Notes under the pieces: generated by a model
Told to the model about the DNA's origin: nothing
Seen by the model: the letters and a program-made list of their open reading frames with translations, nothing else
Database searches by the model: none
From: Polyangiales bacterium
Lineage (GTDB): Bacteria; Myxococcota_A; Polyangia; Polyangiales; JADJQN01
DNA length: 64,000 nucleotides
NCBI GenBank assembly: GCA_964202905.1
Contig: CAXNJO010000006.1
Location: 96,001-160,000, forward strand
Direction: 5' to 3'
Translations under genes and position numbers: made by a program
Part shown: positions 1-10,958 of the stretch, one piece after another
Layout of the letters: the number at the start of each line of letters is the position of its first letter
Numbering within the stretch: position 1 is the first letter of the stretch

Positions 1-1056
1 CACCCGGGCCCGCTTCTGCTCGTGCTGCTCGCCGTGGTGCTCTTCTACGGCGCGCTCGTCGAGGTGCTCAGCACCTTCACGCGCAAGTACGCGCTGCGGC
101 TCGCGCTCCCGCTGCTCCGCTGGTTCCGCCCGCTCGAGACGCTGATGGTGCCCGTGGCCGTGCCGCTCGCGGGGATCGGCGCGCTCGTCGATCGGCTCAT
201 CCCCGCGCCGCGCCAGCAGAGCGCCGCGGACGCCGAGAAGATGGCCGACCTCGAGGTCGAGAGCGTCATCGACCAGGCCGAGGAGAGCGGGGCGATCATG
301 CGCTCGCACGCCGACCTGCTCCGCGGCGTGCTCGAGTTCAAGGACACCATCGCGGCGGAGATCATGATCCCGCGCACGCAGGTCGTCGCGATCGAGCAGG
401 ACATGCCGTTCGCGGCGGTCCTCGACCTCGTCAAGGAGGCGGGACACAGCCGCTATCCCGTGTACCGCGGGCGCCCGGACCAGGTCGTCGGGATGCTCTA
501 CGCGAAGGATCTCTTCCGCGTCGAGCGCGAGGGCACGACGCACGCGACGGGCTCGATCGCGGCGCTCGTGCGCGCGCCCGCGTTCTTCATCGCCGAGACC
601 CAGAAGATCGGCGACCTGCTCCGGCAGATGCAGGTCAAGCGCATCCACCTCGCGGTCGTCGTCGACGAGTTCGGCGGGACGGCCGGCATCGTCACGCTCG
701 AGGACATCCTCGAGGAGATCGTCGGCGACATCCACGACGAGCACGACAGCGACGAGCCGCGCGTCACGGAGATCGCGCCGGGACGCTACCTCGTGGACGC
801 CTCGCTCTCGGTCGACGATCTCCGCGAGGCGCTCTCGGTCGAGCTGCCCGAGGGCGACGGCGCCTACCGCTCGGTGGGCGGGATGGTGGTCGAGGTCGCG
901 GGGCGCGTGCCCGCCGAGAACGAGACCGTCACGATCGGCGAGCTCGACATCATCGTGCGGGATGCGGACCGTCGCCGCGTGCGACACGTCGAGGTCGTGC
1001 GGCGCGTGCGCGATGAGGCCGACGAGGCGTCGCCGAGCGAGAACGCCGCGCACTGA
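1..1056 (+). CDS. Hemolysin/CNNM-family protein (CBS pair + CorC_HlyC), 5'-truncated by window edge
   Basis: Motifs IMIPRTQV, GHSRYPVY, VVVDEFGGTAGIVTLEDILEEIVGDIHDEHD and a C-terminal transporter-associated domain; frame open to window start. Confidence 0.9.
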   Translation, partial: HPGPLLLVLLAVVLFYGALVEVLSTFTRKYALRLALPLLRWFRPLETLMVPVAVPLAGIGALVDRLIPAPRQQSAADAEKMADLEVESVIDQAEESGAIMRSHADLLRGVLEFKDTIAAEIMIPRTQVVAIEQDMPFAAVLDLVKEAGHSRYPVYRGRPDQVVGMLYAKDLFRVEREGTTHATGSIAALVRAPAFFIAETQKIGDLLRQMQVKRIHLAVVVDEFGGTAGIVTLEDILEEIVGDIHDEHDSDEPRVTEIAPGRYLVDASLSVDDLREALSVELPEGDGAYRSVGGMVVEVAGRVPAENETVTIGELDIIVRDADRRRVRHVEVVRRVRDEADEASPSENAAH

Positions 1057-1069
1057 CCCCGGCGCCGTG

Positions 1070-1134
1070 GGGCCGCGCGTTGGCGGGCCGCGCGCCGGTG
1101 GGCCGCGCAGCGAGGGGCCTGCCGCCGCGGGGCC
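1070..1134. repeat. Imperfect 15-bp-period tandem repeat (GGGCC core x5) between convergent genes
   Basis: GGGCC at 1070, 1085, 1100, 1115, 1130. Confidence 0.55.
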
Positions 1135-1142
1135 GGATGCCG

Positions 1143-1811
1143 TCAGTACTCGATGAAGGCCTCTTCGACGAGGGTGCCGTCGGGGCGTGGCGTGAGCACC
1201 GCGAAGTGCGCGAGGCCGCCCTCGGGGGCCTGGCCGACCGAGCCGACGTTCACGACCCACACGCCCTCGAGCTGGCGGTGGAACGGGGTGTGGGACGCCC
1301 CGCAGACGACGATGTCGGCCGGGTCGTCGCCGACGAGCGCGTAGACCTCGTCGTCGTCGAGGTCGTGGGTGATCTCGACCGTCGAGTCCGAGGGCGAGCC
1401 GTGCACGACGAGCAGCTCGCTGCCGTCCATGAGGGGCGTGCGCAGCCGCTCGGGGAGCCGCCGCAGCCGCGCGAGGACCAGCTCGCCGACCGCCTCGCGC
1501 GTCTTCGCGAAGAGTTCGACCCGCGCGCGCTCCGTGGCGTTGCGGGGCCGGAGCGCGCCCGGCTCGAAGGTCGCGAGGGCGAGGTCGCTCGCCCCGCGCA
1601 CGAGGCGCGCCTTCGCCTCCATCAGGCGCAGCCACACCTCGAGCGGCGCGTCGCCGCCGAAGAGGTGATCGCCCGCCACGTAGATGTCCGTGATCGCGCG
1701 GCGCCCGAGCTCGCGCAGCACGGCGTCGAGCGCGGGGAGGTTGCCGTGGATGTCCGAGAGGCACGCGAGCGGGCGGGTGGCCGGCGGCGTCGTGGGGGGG
1801 CGTGGGGCCAT
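1143..1811 (-). CDS. Metallophosphoesterase-family protein (YfcE-like) with degenerate motifs
   Basis: SDIHGN, GD, VHGSP, NVGSVG motifs; GNHD appears as GASD and GHTH as GASH. Confidence 0.85.
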   Translation of the reverse strand: MAPRPPTTPPATRPLACLSDIHGNLPALDAVLRELGRRAITDIYVAGDHLFGGDAPLEVWLRLMEAKARLVRGASDLALATFEPGALRPRNATERARVELFAKTREAVGELVLARLRRLPERLRTPLMDGSELLVVHGSPSDSTVEITHDLDDDEVYALVGDDPADIVVCGASHTPFHRQLEGVWVVNVGSVGQAPEGGLAHFAVLTPRPDGTLVEEAFIEY

Positions 1812-1909
1812 GGGCGCGCACTATAGGCTCCGCTCCGCGGGCCGCGCCCGCGCACGTCGCGCCGGCGAGAACTTGGTGGTCTGATGTGCGTGTTTGTACG
1901 CTTCTTCAC

Positions 1910-2383
1910 ATGGATGTCCCTCTCCGTCGCGCGGGTGCGCTCAAGGGGCTGGCCCGCGCGGGGCGTGCGGGGCTGGCGCTCGCGCGCGGCGGCGCGAGGC
2001 TCGAACGCGACGTCGAGGAGGCGCTCTTCGCGGTGGCGGCGGTGCTCTCCGAGGGCGCGGCCGCGCGCGGCGCGGATGGGGCCGAGACGTATTTCGGGAG
2101 CACGATGCTGACCGTGGATCTCACGCGCCTCGAGGCCGCGTGGGGTGGGCCGCTCGACGACGACGCGCGCGCCGAGCTGCTCCGCCGGGCGGAGAACTCG
2201 GTGGGGCTGCACCTGCGCGCGATGCGGCTCGCGCGGCGCGAGGCGACGCACCGCATGGCGGGGCGGGCGCTCGGGACGGTGGCGGTCGAGGTGCGCTTCG
2301 CGTTGCGCGGCGGGGCGTTGTGCGTGGACGTCGATCTCGAGGCGCCGCTCGGGGTATGGTCGCTGCGCCGGAGTCACCCGTGA
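1910..2383 (+). CDS. Hypothetical protein
   Basis: ATG at 1910, GC3-biased codons, protein-like composition; stop overlaps next start (GTGA). Confidence 0.7.
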   Translation: MDVPLRRAGALKGLARAGRAGLALARGGARLERDVEEALFAVAAVLSEGAAARGADGAETYFGSTMLTVDLTRLEAAWGGPLDDDARAELLRRAENSVGLHLRAMRLARREATHRMAGRALGTVAVEVRFALRGGALCVDVDLEAPLGVWSLRRSHP

Positions 2384-3405
2384 ACGACGACGAAGACAAC
2401 GTCATCCACGTCGCGTTCGGGCCCGGAGGCGGGCGCCGCAGGGCCGCGCAGGGCGTGCACGCCCCCGCGGCGCTGCCCCCCCCGGACGCGGACGACGCGC
2501 CGGCGCCCCGCGAGCGCGGCGCCGACCCCGCCGCGGCTCTCTACGGCACCGCGGAGGCGGCGCGGGTGGTCGGCGTGCCCGAGACGCGGCTGCGGTCGTG
2601 GCACCGTTCGGGTTTCCTCTCGCCGTCCGCCCGCGCGGGAAAGCGACGCCTCTACACGTTTCAAGACTTGATCGGACTGCGCACCGCCCGTGGGTTGCTC
2701 GAGCGCGGGGTGCCGCTGCCGCGGGTGCGCGCGTCCGTCGAGGCGCTGCGGGCCTCGCTGCCGCGCGTCACGCGGCCGCTCGCCGAGCTGCGCGTGGTCG
2801 CCGACGGGCACAGCGTCGTCGTCCGCGGCGACGACGGAGTCTTCGACCCGCTCACGGGGCAGCGCGTCCTCGACTTCGAGGTGAGCGCGCTGCGGGACGA
2901 CGTCGTGCGCGTGCTGCGCGCGGGCGAGCCGCAGCCCGAGCAGCGCCGGGCCGCGTACGCGCACTACCTCGAGGGCTGCCGGCTCGACGAGGAGGAGCTC
3001 ACCTTCGACCGCGCGGAGGCCGCCTATCGGCGCGCGATCGAGCTCGATCCGACGCTCGCCAACGCGGTCACGAACCTCGGGAACCTGCGGTTCCGCCGGG
3101 GCGCGCCGGAGGAGGCCGAAGCCCTCTACGCGCGCGCCCTCGAGCTGGATCCGGCGCAATCGGAGGCCTGGTACAACCTCGGTTTCCTCGCGTTCGAGCG
3201 CGGCGACGGCGAGGGGGCGGTCGGGGCCTTCCGTCGCGCGATCGCCATCGACCCGACGTTCGCGGACGCGCACTTCAACCTCGCGATGGCGCTCGAGGAG
3301 CTCGCGCGGCCGGGCGAGGCGCGTGCGCACTGGGAGGCGTACCTGCGCCTCGACCCGAGCGGTCCGTGGGCGGAGGTCGCGCGCCGTCACCTCCGCGGCG
3401 CCTAG
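2380..3405 (+). CDS. MerR-like HTH + TPR repeat protein
   Basis: YGTAEAARVVGVPETRLRSW...RRLYTFQDL (MerR HTH); several TPRs (NLGNL, AWYNLGFL, AHFNLAMAL); GTG at 2380 overlapping upstream stop. Confidence 0.85.
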   Translation: MNDDEDNVIHVAFGPGGGRRRAAQGVHAPAALPPPDADDAPAPRERGADPAAALYGTAEAARVVGVPETRLRSWHRSGFLSPSARAGKRRLYTFQDLIGLRTARGLLERGVPLPRVRASVEALRASLPRVTRPLAELRVVADGHSVVVRGDDGVFDPLTGQRVLDFEVSALRDDVVRVLRAGEPQPEQRRAAYAHYLEGCRLDEEELTFDRAEAAYRRAIELDPTLANAVTNLGNLRFRRGAPEEAEALYARALELDPAQSEAWYNLGFLAFERGDGEGAVGAFRRAIAIDPTFADAHFNLAMALEELARPGEARAHWEAYLRLDPSGPWAEVARRHLRGA

Positions 3406-3459
3406 GCGGGCCGGGCCCGTGCGCGGGCACCGCGTCGCGCGTGCGGCGGCGCCGCGGGA

Positions 3460-5289
3460 TCAGCCGGCGGTCGCCGCGAGCTGCTGGTCGACCCACGCGA
3501 GCACCGCCTCGGGCTCGAGCGGCTTGCGGAGGATGGGGCGGTCGACGGTGCGCCGGAAGTCGTCGAGGCGCTCGTTGGCGCCGCCTCCGGACATGAACGT
3601 GACCCGCGCCGCGAGGTCCGGGCGCTCGTGCGCGAGGGCGCCGTAGAAGTCGGCGCCGCTCTTGCCCGGCATCATCAGGTCGCAGAGCAGGACGTCCGGG
3701 TCGGTGCCGCCCCGCACCAGCGCGAGCGCCTCGTCGACCGAGGTCGCGGTGACGACGCGGTGGGAGCGCGCGAGGAAGCGGGAGAGGACCTTCACGAGGA
3801 GGGCCTCGTCGTCGATGAGCATCACGACCCGGGGCGCGGCGGTCGCGGACGCAGCGGGCGGCGCGGGCGCGCGCGGCGCGGCGGCAGCGGGCCGCGGCGT
3901 GCGCGGAGAGGTGGCGGCGGTCAGCGGGCTGGGGGGCGCGCCGCGCGGAGAGGCGGCGGTCAGCGGGCTGGGGGGCGCGCCGCGCGGCGCGGCGGGCACG
4001 GCGGCAGGCTGCATCGGGGGCGGGGCGTCCGGGAGGAGCACGCGGAAGGTGGTGCCCTCGCCGAGGACGGACTCGACCTCGATGCGCCCGCCGTGCGCCT
4101 CGATGATGCGCCGCGAGATCGCGAGGCCGAGTCCGGTGCCGGCGCGCTTGGTCGTGTGGAGCGGGCGGAAGATCTCGCCGAGTTGCTCGGGCGGGATGCC
4201 GCGTCCGTCGTCGCTCACTTCGAGCGCGACGTGTCCCTCGATCGGCGCCGTGCGCACGCGGATGCGGCCGCGACGGTCGCCGCGGTCGGGCATCGCCTCG
4301 GCCGCGTTGACGACCAGGTTGATGACGACTTGGGACAGCTTGCCGGCGTGGCCGAGCACGGGGCCCACCGGGGCGAGCTCGAGCGTGAGCGTCGCGCGGT
4401 CGCGGATGGTGGGCAGCGCGAGCGCCGCGCTCGCCTCCACCACGCGGGGGAGGCTCACCGCCTCGGGCTCGCGCGGCTCGTTCTGCGCGAGGCTGTTGAC
4501 CTCGGCGACGATGTCGCGGATCCGCAGGAGGCCGTCGAGCGCGTCGCGGAGTTGGTCGTCCGCGAGGGCGTCGCCGGGCGCCGCTTCGTGGGTGACCCGG
4601 GTCGGCGTGTCGCCCGATGGCGCGACCGCGAGGAGCGCGCGGCGCTGCGCGCGGAGCGCATCGAGTGACTCGCGCAACCCAGCGAGGTTGGCGAGCGCAT
4701 AAGCCGCGGGGTTGTTGATCTCGTGCGCGACGCCTGCGGCGATGAGCCCGACGGACGCGAGCTTCTCGACCTGCACGAGATCGCTCTTCGCACGGCGGAG
4801 CGCGTCCGAGCGCTCGCGCACCTGCGCCTCGAGGCTGGCCTCGGCGCGGTCGGTCGCGAGCAGCTCTCGCAGCAGGATCACGACGAGCGTCCAGGACAGG
4901 ACGGCGAGCGCGGGCGTGCCGAGGGTGAGGTAGGGAGGCCGCGCGCGGTGCAGGACCGTGTCGACCACGAACGACGCGGCGACGAGCAGGCTCGTGACGC
5001 TCAACGCGCGGCGCGCTCGGCCCTGCCGTCGGCGGATCTCGAGGCCGAGCGTCGCGAAGAGGATGCACACGGCCACGACGCGAAGCGCCGTGGCGCTCCC
5101 CGTGATCCAGGCCGCGTCGCCGAGCGCCTCCATGAACAGGGACGCGTCGATCCAGAGCGCGGCGCCGAGCGCCACGAAGGCGAGGCGCCCTTCGCGCACC
5201 GGTCGTGTCCGGCGCGCCACGAACCACACGAGCGCGCTGAGGATGGTCGTCGTCGCGCAGGCGATGCGCACCGCGCTCTCGAGGGGCAC
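3460..5289 (-). CDS. Membrane hybrid sensor histidine kinase/response regulator
   Basis: N-terminal hydrophobic helices; H-box AAGVAHEINNP; N-box NLVVNAAEA; DDGRGI, GTGLGL; receiver LIDDE...CDLMMP...K. Confidence 0.92.
   Translation of the reverse strand: MPLESAVRIACATTTILSALVWFVARRTRPVREGRLAFVALGAALWIDASLFMEALGDAAWITGSATALRVVAVCILFATLGLEIRRRQGRARRALSVTSLLVAASFVVDTVLHRARPPYLTLGTPALAVLSWTLVVILLRELLATDRAEASLEAQVRERSDALRRAKSDLVQVEKLASVGLIAAGVAHEINNPAAYALANLAGLRESLDALRAQRRALLAVAPSGDTPTRVTHEAAPGDALADDQLRDALDGLLRIRDIVAEVNSLAQNEPREPEAVSLPRVVEASAALALPTIRDRATLTLELAPVGPVLGHAGKLSQVVINLVVNAAEAMPDRGDRRGRIRVRTAPIEGHVALEVSDDGRGIPPEQLGEIFRPLHTTKRAGTGLGLAISRRIIEAHGGRIEVESVLGEGTTFRVLLPDAPPPMQPAAVPAAPRGAPPSPLTAASPRGAPPSPLTAATSPRTPRPAAAAPRAPAPPAASATAAPRVVMLIDDEALLVKVLSRFLARSHRVVTATSVDEALALVRGGTDPDVLLCDLMMPGKSGADFYGALAHERPDLAARVTFMSGGGANERLDDFRRTVDRPILRKPLEPEAVLAWVDQQLAATAG
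3913..3987. repeat. 39-bp-period in-frame duplication in the kinase-receiver linker
   Basis: ggcggcggtcagcgggctggggggcgcgccgcgcgg at 3913 and 3952, encoding PRGAPPSPLTAA twice. Confidence 0.85.
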
Positions 5290-5304
5290 GCCGGGCTCCG
5301 GTCC

Positions 5305-8300
5305 CTAGCGTCGGCGCGGGGGCGCGTGTGGCGGTGGCGGTGGCGGTGGCGGTGCGACGGAGCGCAACGCGCCGTGAGGCGGGAGGCCGGGCGGCGGTGG
5401 TGGCGGCGGCGGCGGTGGCGGTGGCGGTGGCGGGGCCAGCGAGCGCGGCGCGGCGCCGGAGGTCGGGCCCGGCGGCGGCGGACGCGAGGCCGCGGGGCGC
5501 GGCGGCAGGGGCGGTGGCGCGCCGGCGGTGGCGCGCGGCGGGGGCGCCGCGTCGAGGACGTCGTCGGCGTCCGCGAGCTCGTCGAGGGCTTCGACGGAGT
5601 CGTCGTCCTCGAGTCGCGCGTCGTCGGCCGAGGCCTCGGGGGGCGCGTCCAGGGTTTCCATGGAGTCGTCGTCGAGGACGTCGTCGAGGGCCTCGACCGC
5701 GTGGAGCGCGTCCGCCGGCGCGTCGCCGAGTTCGTCGCCGAGCTCGTCGTCGAGCGGCTCGATCGCGTCGTCGTCGAGCGCGTCGCGCGAATCGAGCGCG
5801 TGAAGCGTGCCCGGGGGGAGGGCGTCGTGGGCCAGAACCGGGACGCCGAGGGCGGGCAGCGGCGCGAGGAGGCCGGGCTCGAGCGCCGCGGGCGCGGGCG
5901 CGCGAGGGAAGCGGAACGGCGGCTCGGCGTCGCGCTCGGCCAATGGGAGGGCGGCCTCGGTCGCGTCGTCGTCCCAGCGCTCCAGCGAGGCGCCCGCGGG
6001 GGGCGCGACGCGCTGCCCGGTCACGCCTTCGTCTTCGTCGTGCTGCGCCGCGTGCGTGTCGGGGTACCGCGCCGCGCGCACGTCGCCGCGCGAGGTCATC
6101 GCGTCGCCGTCCGCTGCGCGCGCGTCGTCGCCCACGGCGCTGGCGTCCTCGGCCTTCGTCGCCGTGGCGTCGGCGGCCGTCTCGATCGGCGATCCGGTCC
6201 GCGACACGGTCGTGGCCTCTGCGGCGGCTCCCGTGGCGGCCTCTGCGTCGGCGTCGTCGGCGGGCTCTGCGGCGGGCTCGTCCCGGAGCGACGCGGGGGC
6301 GGCCGCGCGCGGCGGGGCGCTGGCCCGGGCGGCGCGCAGCCCGAGGAGCGAGTCGTCGTCGTCGTCGGTCGCGGGCCGGCGCAGGCCCTGGCCGAGGCGG
6401 GCGATCGCCTCCTCGGCGTCGGCGTCGCCGGGCACGAGCGCGCGGACCTTCTTCCAGAGGTCGAGGGCCTCGTAACGGTTCTTGAGCGGCCCCTCCCAGG
6501 TCTGCGCGGACTCTTTGAGCAGCGCGGCGCGCTCGGCGGGGTCGCGCGTCGTCTCGAGCGCGCGGTCGATCGCGACGAGCAGGTCTTGGTGGCGCCCGGC
6601 TTGCGCGAGGCAGACGCGCAGCGCGCCCGCGGCCTCGCGGTCTCCGGGGGCGAGGGTGAGCAGCTGCTGGTAGGCCTCGGCCGCCGCGGCGGGCTTCGCG
6701 AGCTCGTTCGCGAGGAGCGACGCGCGGCGCCGGGCGAGCGCGGTGGCGGTGCGCGGGTCGAAGGCCTCGCGCACGAGCTCGGCGAGGTGGGCGTCCAGCG
6801 CGGGGAACTGGCGGCTTCGGCCCGCGAGCGCGGTGAGCTCGTCGAGCACCTCGGCGCTGCCGGGTGTCGCGGAGGCTGCCTGCTTCAGGGCGGCGAAGGC
6901 CCCGCGCTCGTCCTTCAGCGCGGCGTCGAGCAGCCGCGCCGCGCGCGTGAGCAGGCGCGCGCTGTCGGCGGCCTCGGGCGCGCTCTCGGCGAGGCGCTGG
7001 TAGATGGTGACGAGGGCACGGCGGGCGCGCTCCTCGAGCGGTTTTCCCGCCGCGGTGGCCGCCGCGTCGAGCCCGTGCACGACCTCCTCGACGCCCGCGC
7101 CGAGCTCCGGGGAGCGCGTCGCGAGGGCGGCGCCCTGCGCGACGTAGAGCATGGCGCGCTCCCGATCGCGCAGCGCGGACTCCGCGAGCCGCGCGGCGCG
7201 CAGCAGCGTCTCGACGCGGCGCGCGTCGTCCGTCGCGGTCGCCTTGCGGCGCTCGTACACGACGAGGAGCTCTTCGGCGCGCCCGGCGCGGGGCGCGAGG
7301 TGCTCGGCGAGGGCGAGCACGTCGTCGTCCTCGGGCGCGAGCGCGCACGCGCGGAGGGCGCGGTCGAGCGCCGCCGAGGGGTCGCCGCCGCGCTCGTCGA
7401 GCAGCCGCGCGTGCCGCACGAGCAGCGTGACCTTCTGCGTGGGCAAGGAGGCGCGGCGCAGGAGCGTCTCGTACACCTGGCCGAGGCGATCCCAGGTGCC
7501 GGCGAGGGCCGCGAGGCGGTCGACCTCCGCGAGGCGCCCCGCGTCGCCCAGCTCGAGCGCGAACGCGCGCAGGACGGCCTCGAGCGCGCGCAGCGGATCG
7601 CCGAGGTGCGTCTCGAAGACGCCCGCGGCGTCAGCGAAGCGGCGCGCCTGCCCCGCGGGACCGGCGCCTTCGTCCTGCGCGAGGCGCAGGTACAACTCGG
7701 CGAGCCGCTCGCCGCCCGCCGCCGGCAACTCCCGGGCGAGCGCGCGGAGGGCCTCCTCGGCCTGCGCGTCTCCGGCGTCCTCGACGCGCTCGGCGAGCCG
7801 CCGAAACGCGCCGTCCGCGTCGGTGAGGCGGCGCCAGGCGAGGTCGGCCGCGCGCAGCACGAGGCCGCTCACCCCGACATCGTCTTGCTCGAGACCCGCG
7901 AGCGTGTCGAGCGCGTCGACGAGTTCGGGCCAGCGCTCGAGGGCCTCGAGGAGGCGCACGAGGCGCGTGTGCGGGGCCGCGTCGGTGAGGTCCGCGTCGG
8001 CCCACGCGTAGAGCGCGCGGACCGCGGCTGCGAGGTCGCCCGTCCGGTGCTCGTAGAGGTTCGCGAGGCGCTCGGCGACCGGCACGCGCAACCCCGCGTC
8101 CGCCGTCGCGTCGAGTTGCTGCTCGAGCGCTTCGGCGAGGAGCGCGTCGTCGGCGAATTGCTCCGCGAGCGCGACGAGCCGATCGATGGCCGGCAGGTGA
8201 CCGGGCTCGAGGCGCGCGAGGACGTCGCGCAGCAGCGGCACCGCGCGCTCGGGCTCGGCGAGGGCGTCGCGGAAGAGATCCGCGCGCTCGATCGCGACGT

Positions 8301-10803
8301 CGCGGGCCTCGGCGGGCGTGGTCACGAGGGGCGCGAGGCGCGCGAGCAGGGGCTCGAGGCGGGCGGGGTCCCCGAGGCGGCGTGCGCGACGGCAGAGCGC
8401 TCGGAGGGCCTCGTCGTCCTCGGCGACGGCGAGCACGTCCCCCCACGCCTCGGCCGCCGCGTCCTCGTTGCGGACGCGCTGCTCGAGGATGCGCGCGATG
8501 CGCCGGTGCAGCGCGACGCGCACGTCCGCCCGCGGCTCGTCGGCCGCGCGGCCCCGGAGCAGCTCGACGAGGTCGCGGTAGCGCTGCGCGCGATCGAAGA
8601 CGTCGCAGAGCGCGTCGAGCGTCGTGGCGTCGCCCGGGGCGAGGTCGAGGGCCTGCGCGAGGTACTCGGCCGCGCGGTCGAGGTCGCCGAGGTGCTGGTC
8701 GGCGATCGCGCCCATCCGCGCGAGGATCCCCGCGCGCTCGTGCGGCTCGCCGATCTCGGCGTGGTACGAGAGCGTCTGCAGCAGGCGATCCCAGCGCCCC
8801 GCGGCCTCGTCGATGCGCGTCATCCGCGCGAGCGCGTCGAGGTCGCCCGGCTCGTCGTCGAGCAGGCGCGCGGCGACGTCGAACGCGCCCTCGGTGTCCC
8901 CGAGTTGCTCGTCGAGCACGACGATGAGCGTGCGCAGCAGGTCCGGGCGATCGGCCCGCGACGCACGCTCGATGCGCTCCTGGAGCAACGGGACCACCTC
9001 GGCGAAGGCGCCGAGCGTGAGCAGCAGGATGCTCAGCGCGACGCGCGCCTCGTCGTCGTCGGGCAGCCGCTCGCGGAGCTTCTGGTACGCCTCGGCGGCC
9101 GCGGCGGGGTCGCCACGGCGGTCGCGGTGCAGGCGCGCGAGCCGGCGCAGCACCTCGGCGCCTTCGGCCGCGTCGCTGCGCGCGATCGACTCGCGCTCGA
9201 GCACCTGCGCGAGCTCGTCCCAGCGCCCGAGGCGCTCGAGCAGCGCCGCGAAGGTCGCGCGGGCATCCCCGTCCGCCGGGTCGAGCGCGCAGATCGCGCG
9301 CCACGCGTCGATCGCGCCCTCGGGGTCCGCGAGGCGATCGGTGCTGAGCGCGGCGACCTCGCGGAGGCGCTGTTTGCGCGCGTCGGCGCTCAGCCCCGGC
9401 ACGCGCGCCGCGTCGCGGAGGAGCGCGCGCAGCGACTCCCACGCGCCTTCGGTGCGCAGCTCCGCCTCGAGGAAGGCGAGCGCTTCGGGGCTCCCCGGGT
9501 CGAGCTGGAGCAGCTCGCGCGCGCGCTCGGACGCGGCCGCGCGGTCCCCCGAGGCGACGAGCAGATCGATCAGCTCGAGCAGGCGCGACGCGCGCTGCGC
9601 GGGCGGGAGCGCCGCGACCGAGACGCCGAGCGCGCGCGCGACGTCGGCGCTCCGACCCGCGTAGCGGTAGAGCTCCGCGAGGCGTTCGGCGGCGGCCGCG
9701 TCGCCCTGCTCGAGCAGCGGCTCGAAGCACACGATCGCGTCGTCGAGCTGCCCGGCCTCCACGTAGGCCTCGCCGAGGCGGCGCCGCAGCCTCATCGCCC
9801 CGGGCGCGTCCGGCGCGGCGTGCAGGAAGCCGACCCAGCGCACCGGCAGCAGATCGGGGCGGCCGAGCTCGTGCGCGATGCGATCGAGCAGCGCGAGCGC
9901 GCCCTCGTGATCGGGCGCGGCGTCGAGCGCGGCTTCGACGTAGGCCACCGCGTGCTCCGGCGGGACACGCTGCGCCATCTGGTGGAGGAAGTCGGCGGCG
10001 CGGACCTTGTCGGCCGTGCCCGCGGTGCTCGGGCCCCGCTGGTCGGCGCGCCGCAGGAGCATCGTCGCGAGGTCGTGCATCACGCCGAGGTCGCCCGGCG
10101 CCTCCGCGAGCGCACGCTCGAGGCACTGCAGCGCGGGGTCGAGCTCCGCGAGGCGCTCGGCGCGCAGGTGCGCGAGCTCGCGCAGCAGGGAGACGCGCCG
10201 CGTCGGGTCCGGCTCGGCGGCCGCCTCCTGCTCGTAGAGTTGTGCGGCGGCCTTCAGGTTGCCGGCGTTGCGGTAGATCTCGCGTGCCGCGTAGATCGCC
10301 GAGACGAGCTGCGGGTCGAGCTCGAGCGCGCGCCGATAGTGGAGGAGCGCGCGGTCGGGCCGCTCGAAGCGCTGTTCGTAGAGCTCGCCGAGCTGCAGCT
10401 CGACGGCGGCGCTCGCGTGCGCGTCGCCCACGGCGTGCAGCGTCGCCTCGGCCCGGCGCTCGAGCACCTCCGCGAGCCGCCGCAGGTCGCCGAGCTCTTC
10501 GGCGAGCGCCTCGAGGCGCGCGTAGGCGTCGAGGTGCGCGGGGTTGCGCTCGAGGGCGCGCTCGTAGAGCGAGCTGCCGCGCGCACGGTCGCCGAGCCCG
10601 CCGAGCGCGAGGTCGGCGGCTTCGTAGAAGGCCTGCGCCGCGGCGCGCGGATCGGGCGCGCGCGTCGCCCAACCCTCGAGCAGGTTGACGAGGGAGGGCC
10701 AGTCGCCCTGCTGGTGGTAGTGCGCGCGCAGCGCGACGAAAGCCGGATAGTCGTCGGGGTTTCGCCGCAGCCGGGCGATCAGCTCGTCCGCTGCCGAGGT
10801 CAT
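5305..10803 (-). CDS. Giant TPR/alpha-solenoid protein (~1830 aa) with acidic and poly-Pro C-terminal tail
   Basis: Recurrent helical repeats (ALELDP, LGD..A..A, W..L..VL); ATG at 10803 ([12 protein letters not shown]); resembles myxobacterial AgmK-type TPR proteins. Confidence 0.85.
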   Translation of the reverse strand: MTSAADELIARLRRNPDDYPAFVALRAHYHQQGDWPSLVNLLEGWATRAPDPRAAAQAFYEAADLALGGLGDRARGSSLYERALERNPAHLDAYARLEALAEELGDLRRLAEVLERRAEATLHAVGDAHASAAVELQLGELYEQRFERPDRALLHYRRALELDPQLVSAIYAAREIYRNAGNLKAAAQLYEQEAAAEPDPTRRVSLLRELAHLRAERLAELDPALQCLERALAEAPGDLGVMHDLATMLLRRADQRGPSTAGTADKVRAADFLHQMAQRVPPEHAVAYVEAALDAAPDHEGALALLDRIAHELGRPDLLPVRWVGFLHAAPDAPGAMRLRRRLGEAYVEAGQLDDAIVCFEPLLEQGDAAAAERLAELYRYAGRSADVARALGVSVAALPPAQRASRLLELIDLLVASGDRAAASERARELLQLDPGSPEALAFLEAELRTEGAWESLRALLRDAARVPGLSADARKQRLREVAALSTDRLADPEGAIDAWRAICALDPADGDARATFAALLERLGRWDELAQVLERESIARSDAAEGAEVLRRLARLHRDRRGDPAAAAEAYQKLRERLPDDDEARVALSILLLTLGAFAEVVPLLQERIERASRADRPDLLRTLIVVLDEQLGDTEGAFDVAARLLDDEPGDLDALARMTRIDEAAGRWDRLLQTLSYHAEIGEPHERAGILARMGAIADQHLGDLDRAAEYLAQALDLAPGDATTLDALCDVFDRAQRYRDLVELLRGRAADEPRADVRVALHRRIARILEQRVRNEDAAAEAWGDVLAVAEDDEALRALCRRARRLGDPARLEPLLARLAPLVTTPAEARDVAIERADLFRDALAEPERAVPLLRDVLARLEPGHLPAIDRLVALAEQFADDALLAEALEQQLDATADAGLRVPVAERLANLYEHRTGDLAAAVRALYAWADADLTDAAPHTRLVRLLEALERWPELVDALDTLAGLEQDDVGVSGLVLRAADLAWRRLTDADGAFRRLAERVEDAGDAQAEEALRALARELPAAGGERLAELYLRLAQDEGAGPAGQARRFADAAGVFETHLGDPLRALEAVLRAFALELGDAGRLAEVDRLAALAGTWDRLGQVYETLLRRASLPTQKVTLLVRHARLLDERGGDPSAALDRALRACALAPEDDDVLALAEHLAPRAGRAEELLVVYERRKATATDDARRVETLLRAARLAESALRDRERAMLYVAQGAALATRSPELGAGVEEVVHGLDAAATAAGKPLEERARRALVTIYQRLAESAPEAADSARLLTRAARLLDAALKDERGAFAALKQAASATPGSAEVLDELTALAGRSRQFPALDAHLAELVREAFDPRTATALARRRASLLANELAKPAAAAEAYQQLLTLAPGDREAAGALRVCLAQAGRHQDLLVAIDRALETTRDPAERAALLKESAQTWEGPLKNRYEALDLWKKVRALVPGDADAEEAIARLGQGLRRPATDDDDDSLLGLRAARASAPPRAAAPASLRDEPAAEPADDADAEAATGAAAEATTVSRTGSPIETAADATATKAEDASAVGDDARAADGDAMTSRGDVRAARYPDTHAAQHDEDEGVTGQRVAPPAGASLERWDDDATEAALPLAERDAEPPFRFPRAPAPAALEPGLLAPLPALGVPVLAHDALPPGTLHALDSRDALDDDAIEPLDDELGDELGDAPADALHAVEALDDVLDDDSMETLDAPPEASADDARLEDDDSVEALDELADADDVLDAAPPPRATAGAPPPLPPRPAASRPPPPGPTSGAAPRSLAPPPPPPPPPPPPPPPGLPPHGALRSVAPPPPPPPPHAPPRRR

Positions 10804-10958
10804 GGGCGGCGCCGAAGGTATCACGGAACCGCGCGTGTCTGCGCTGTTTGCGCGCCGCGCCGCGCGCATTTCCCGCGCGCATCCGGCCGCGTGTGGCCGG
10901 CGCGACGGCGGTGGATTTCGACGGGGCCGCGCGGGGCGGTGGTACTAGAGTCCGCACC

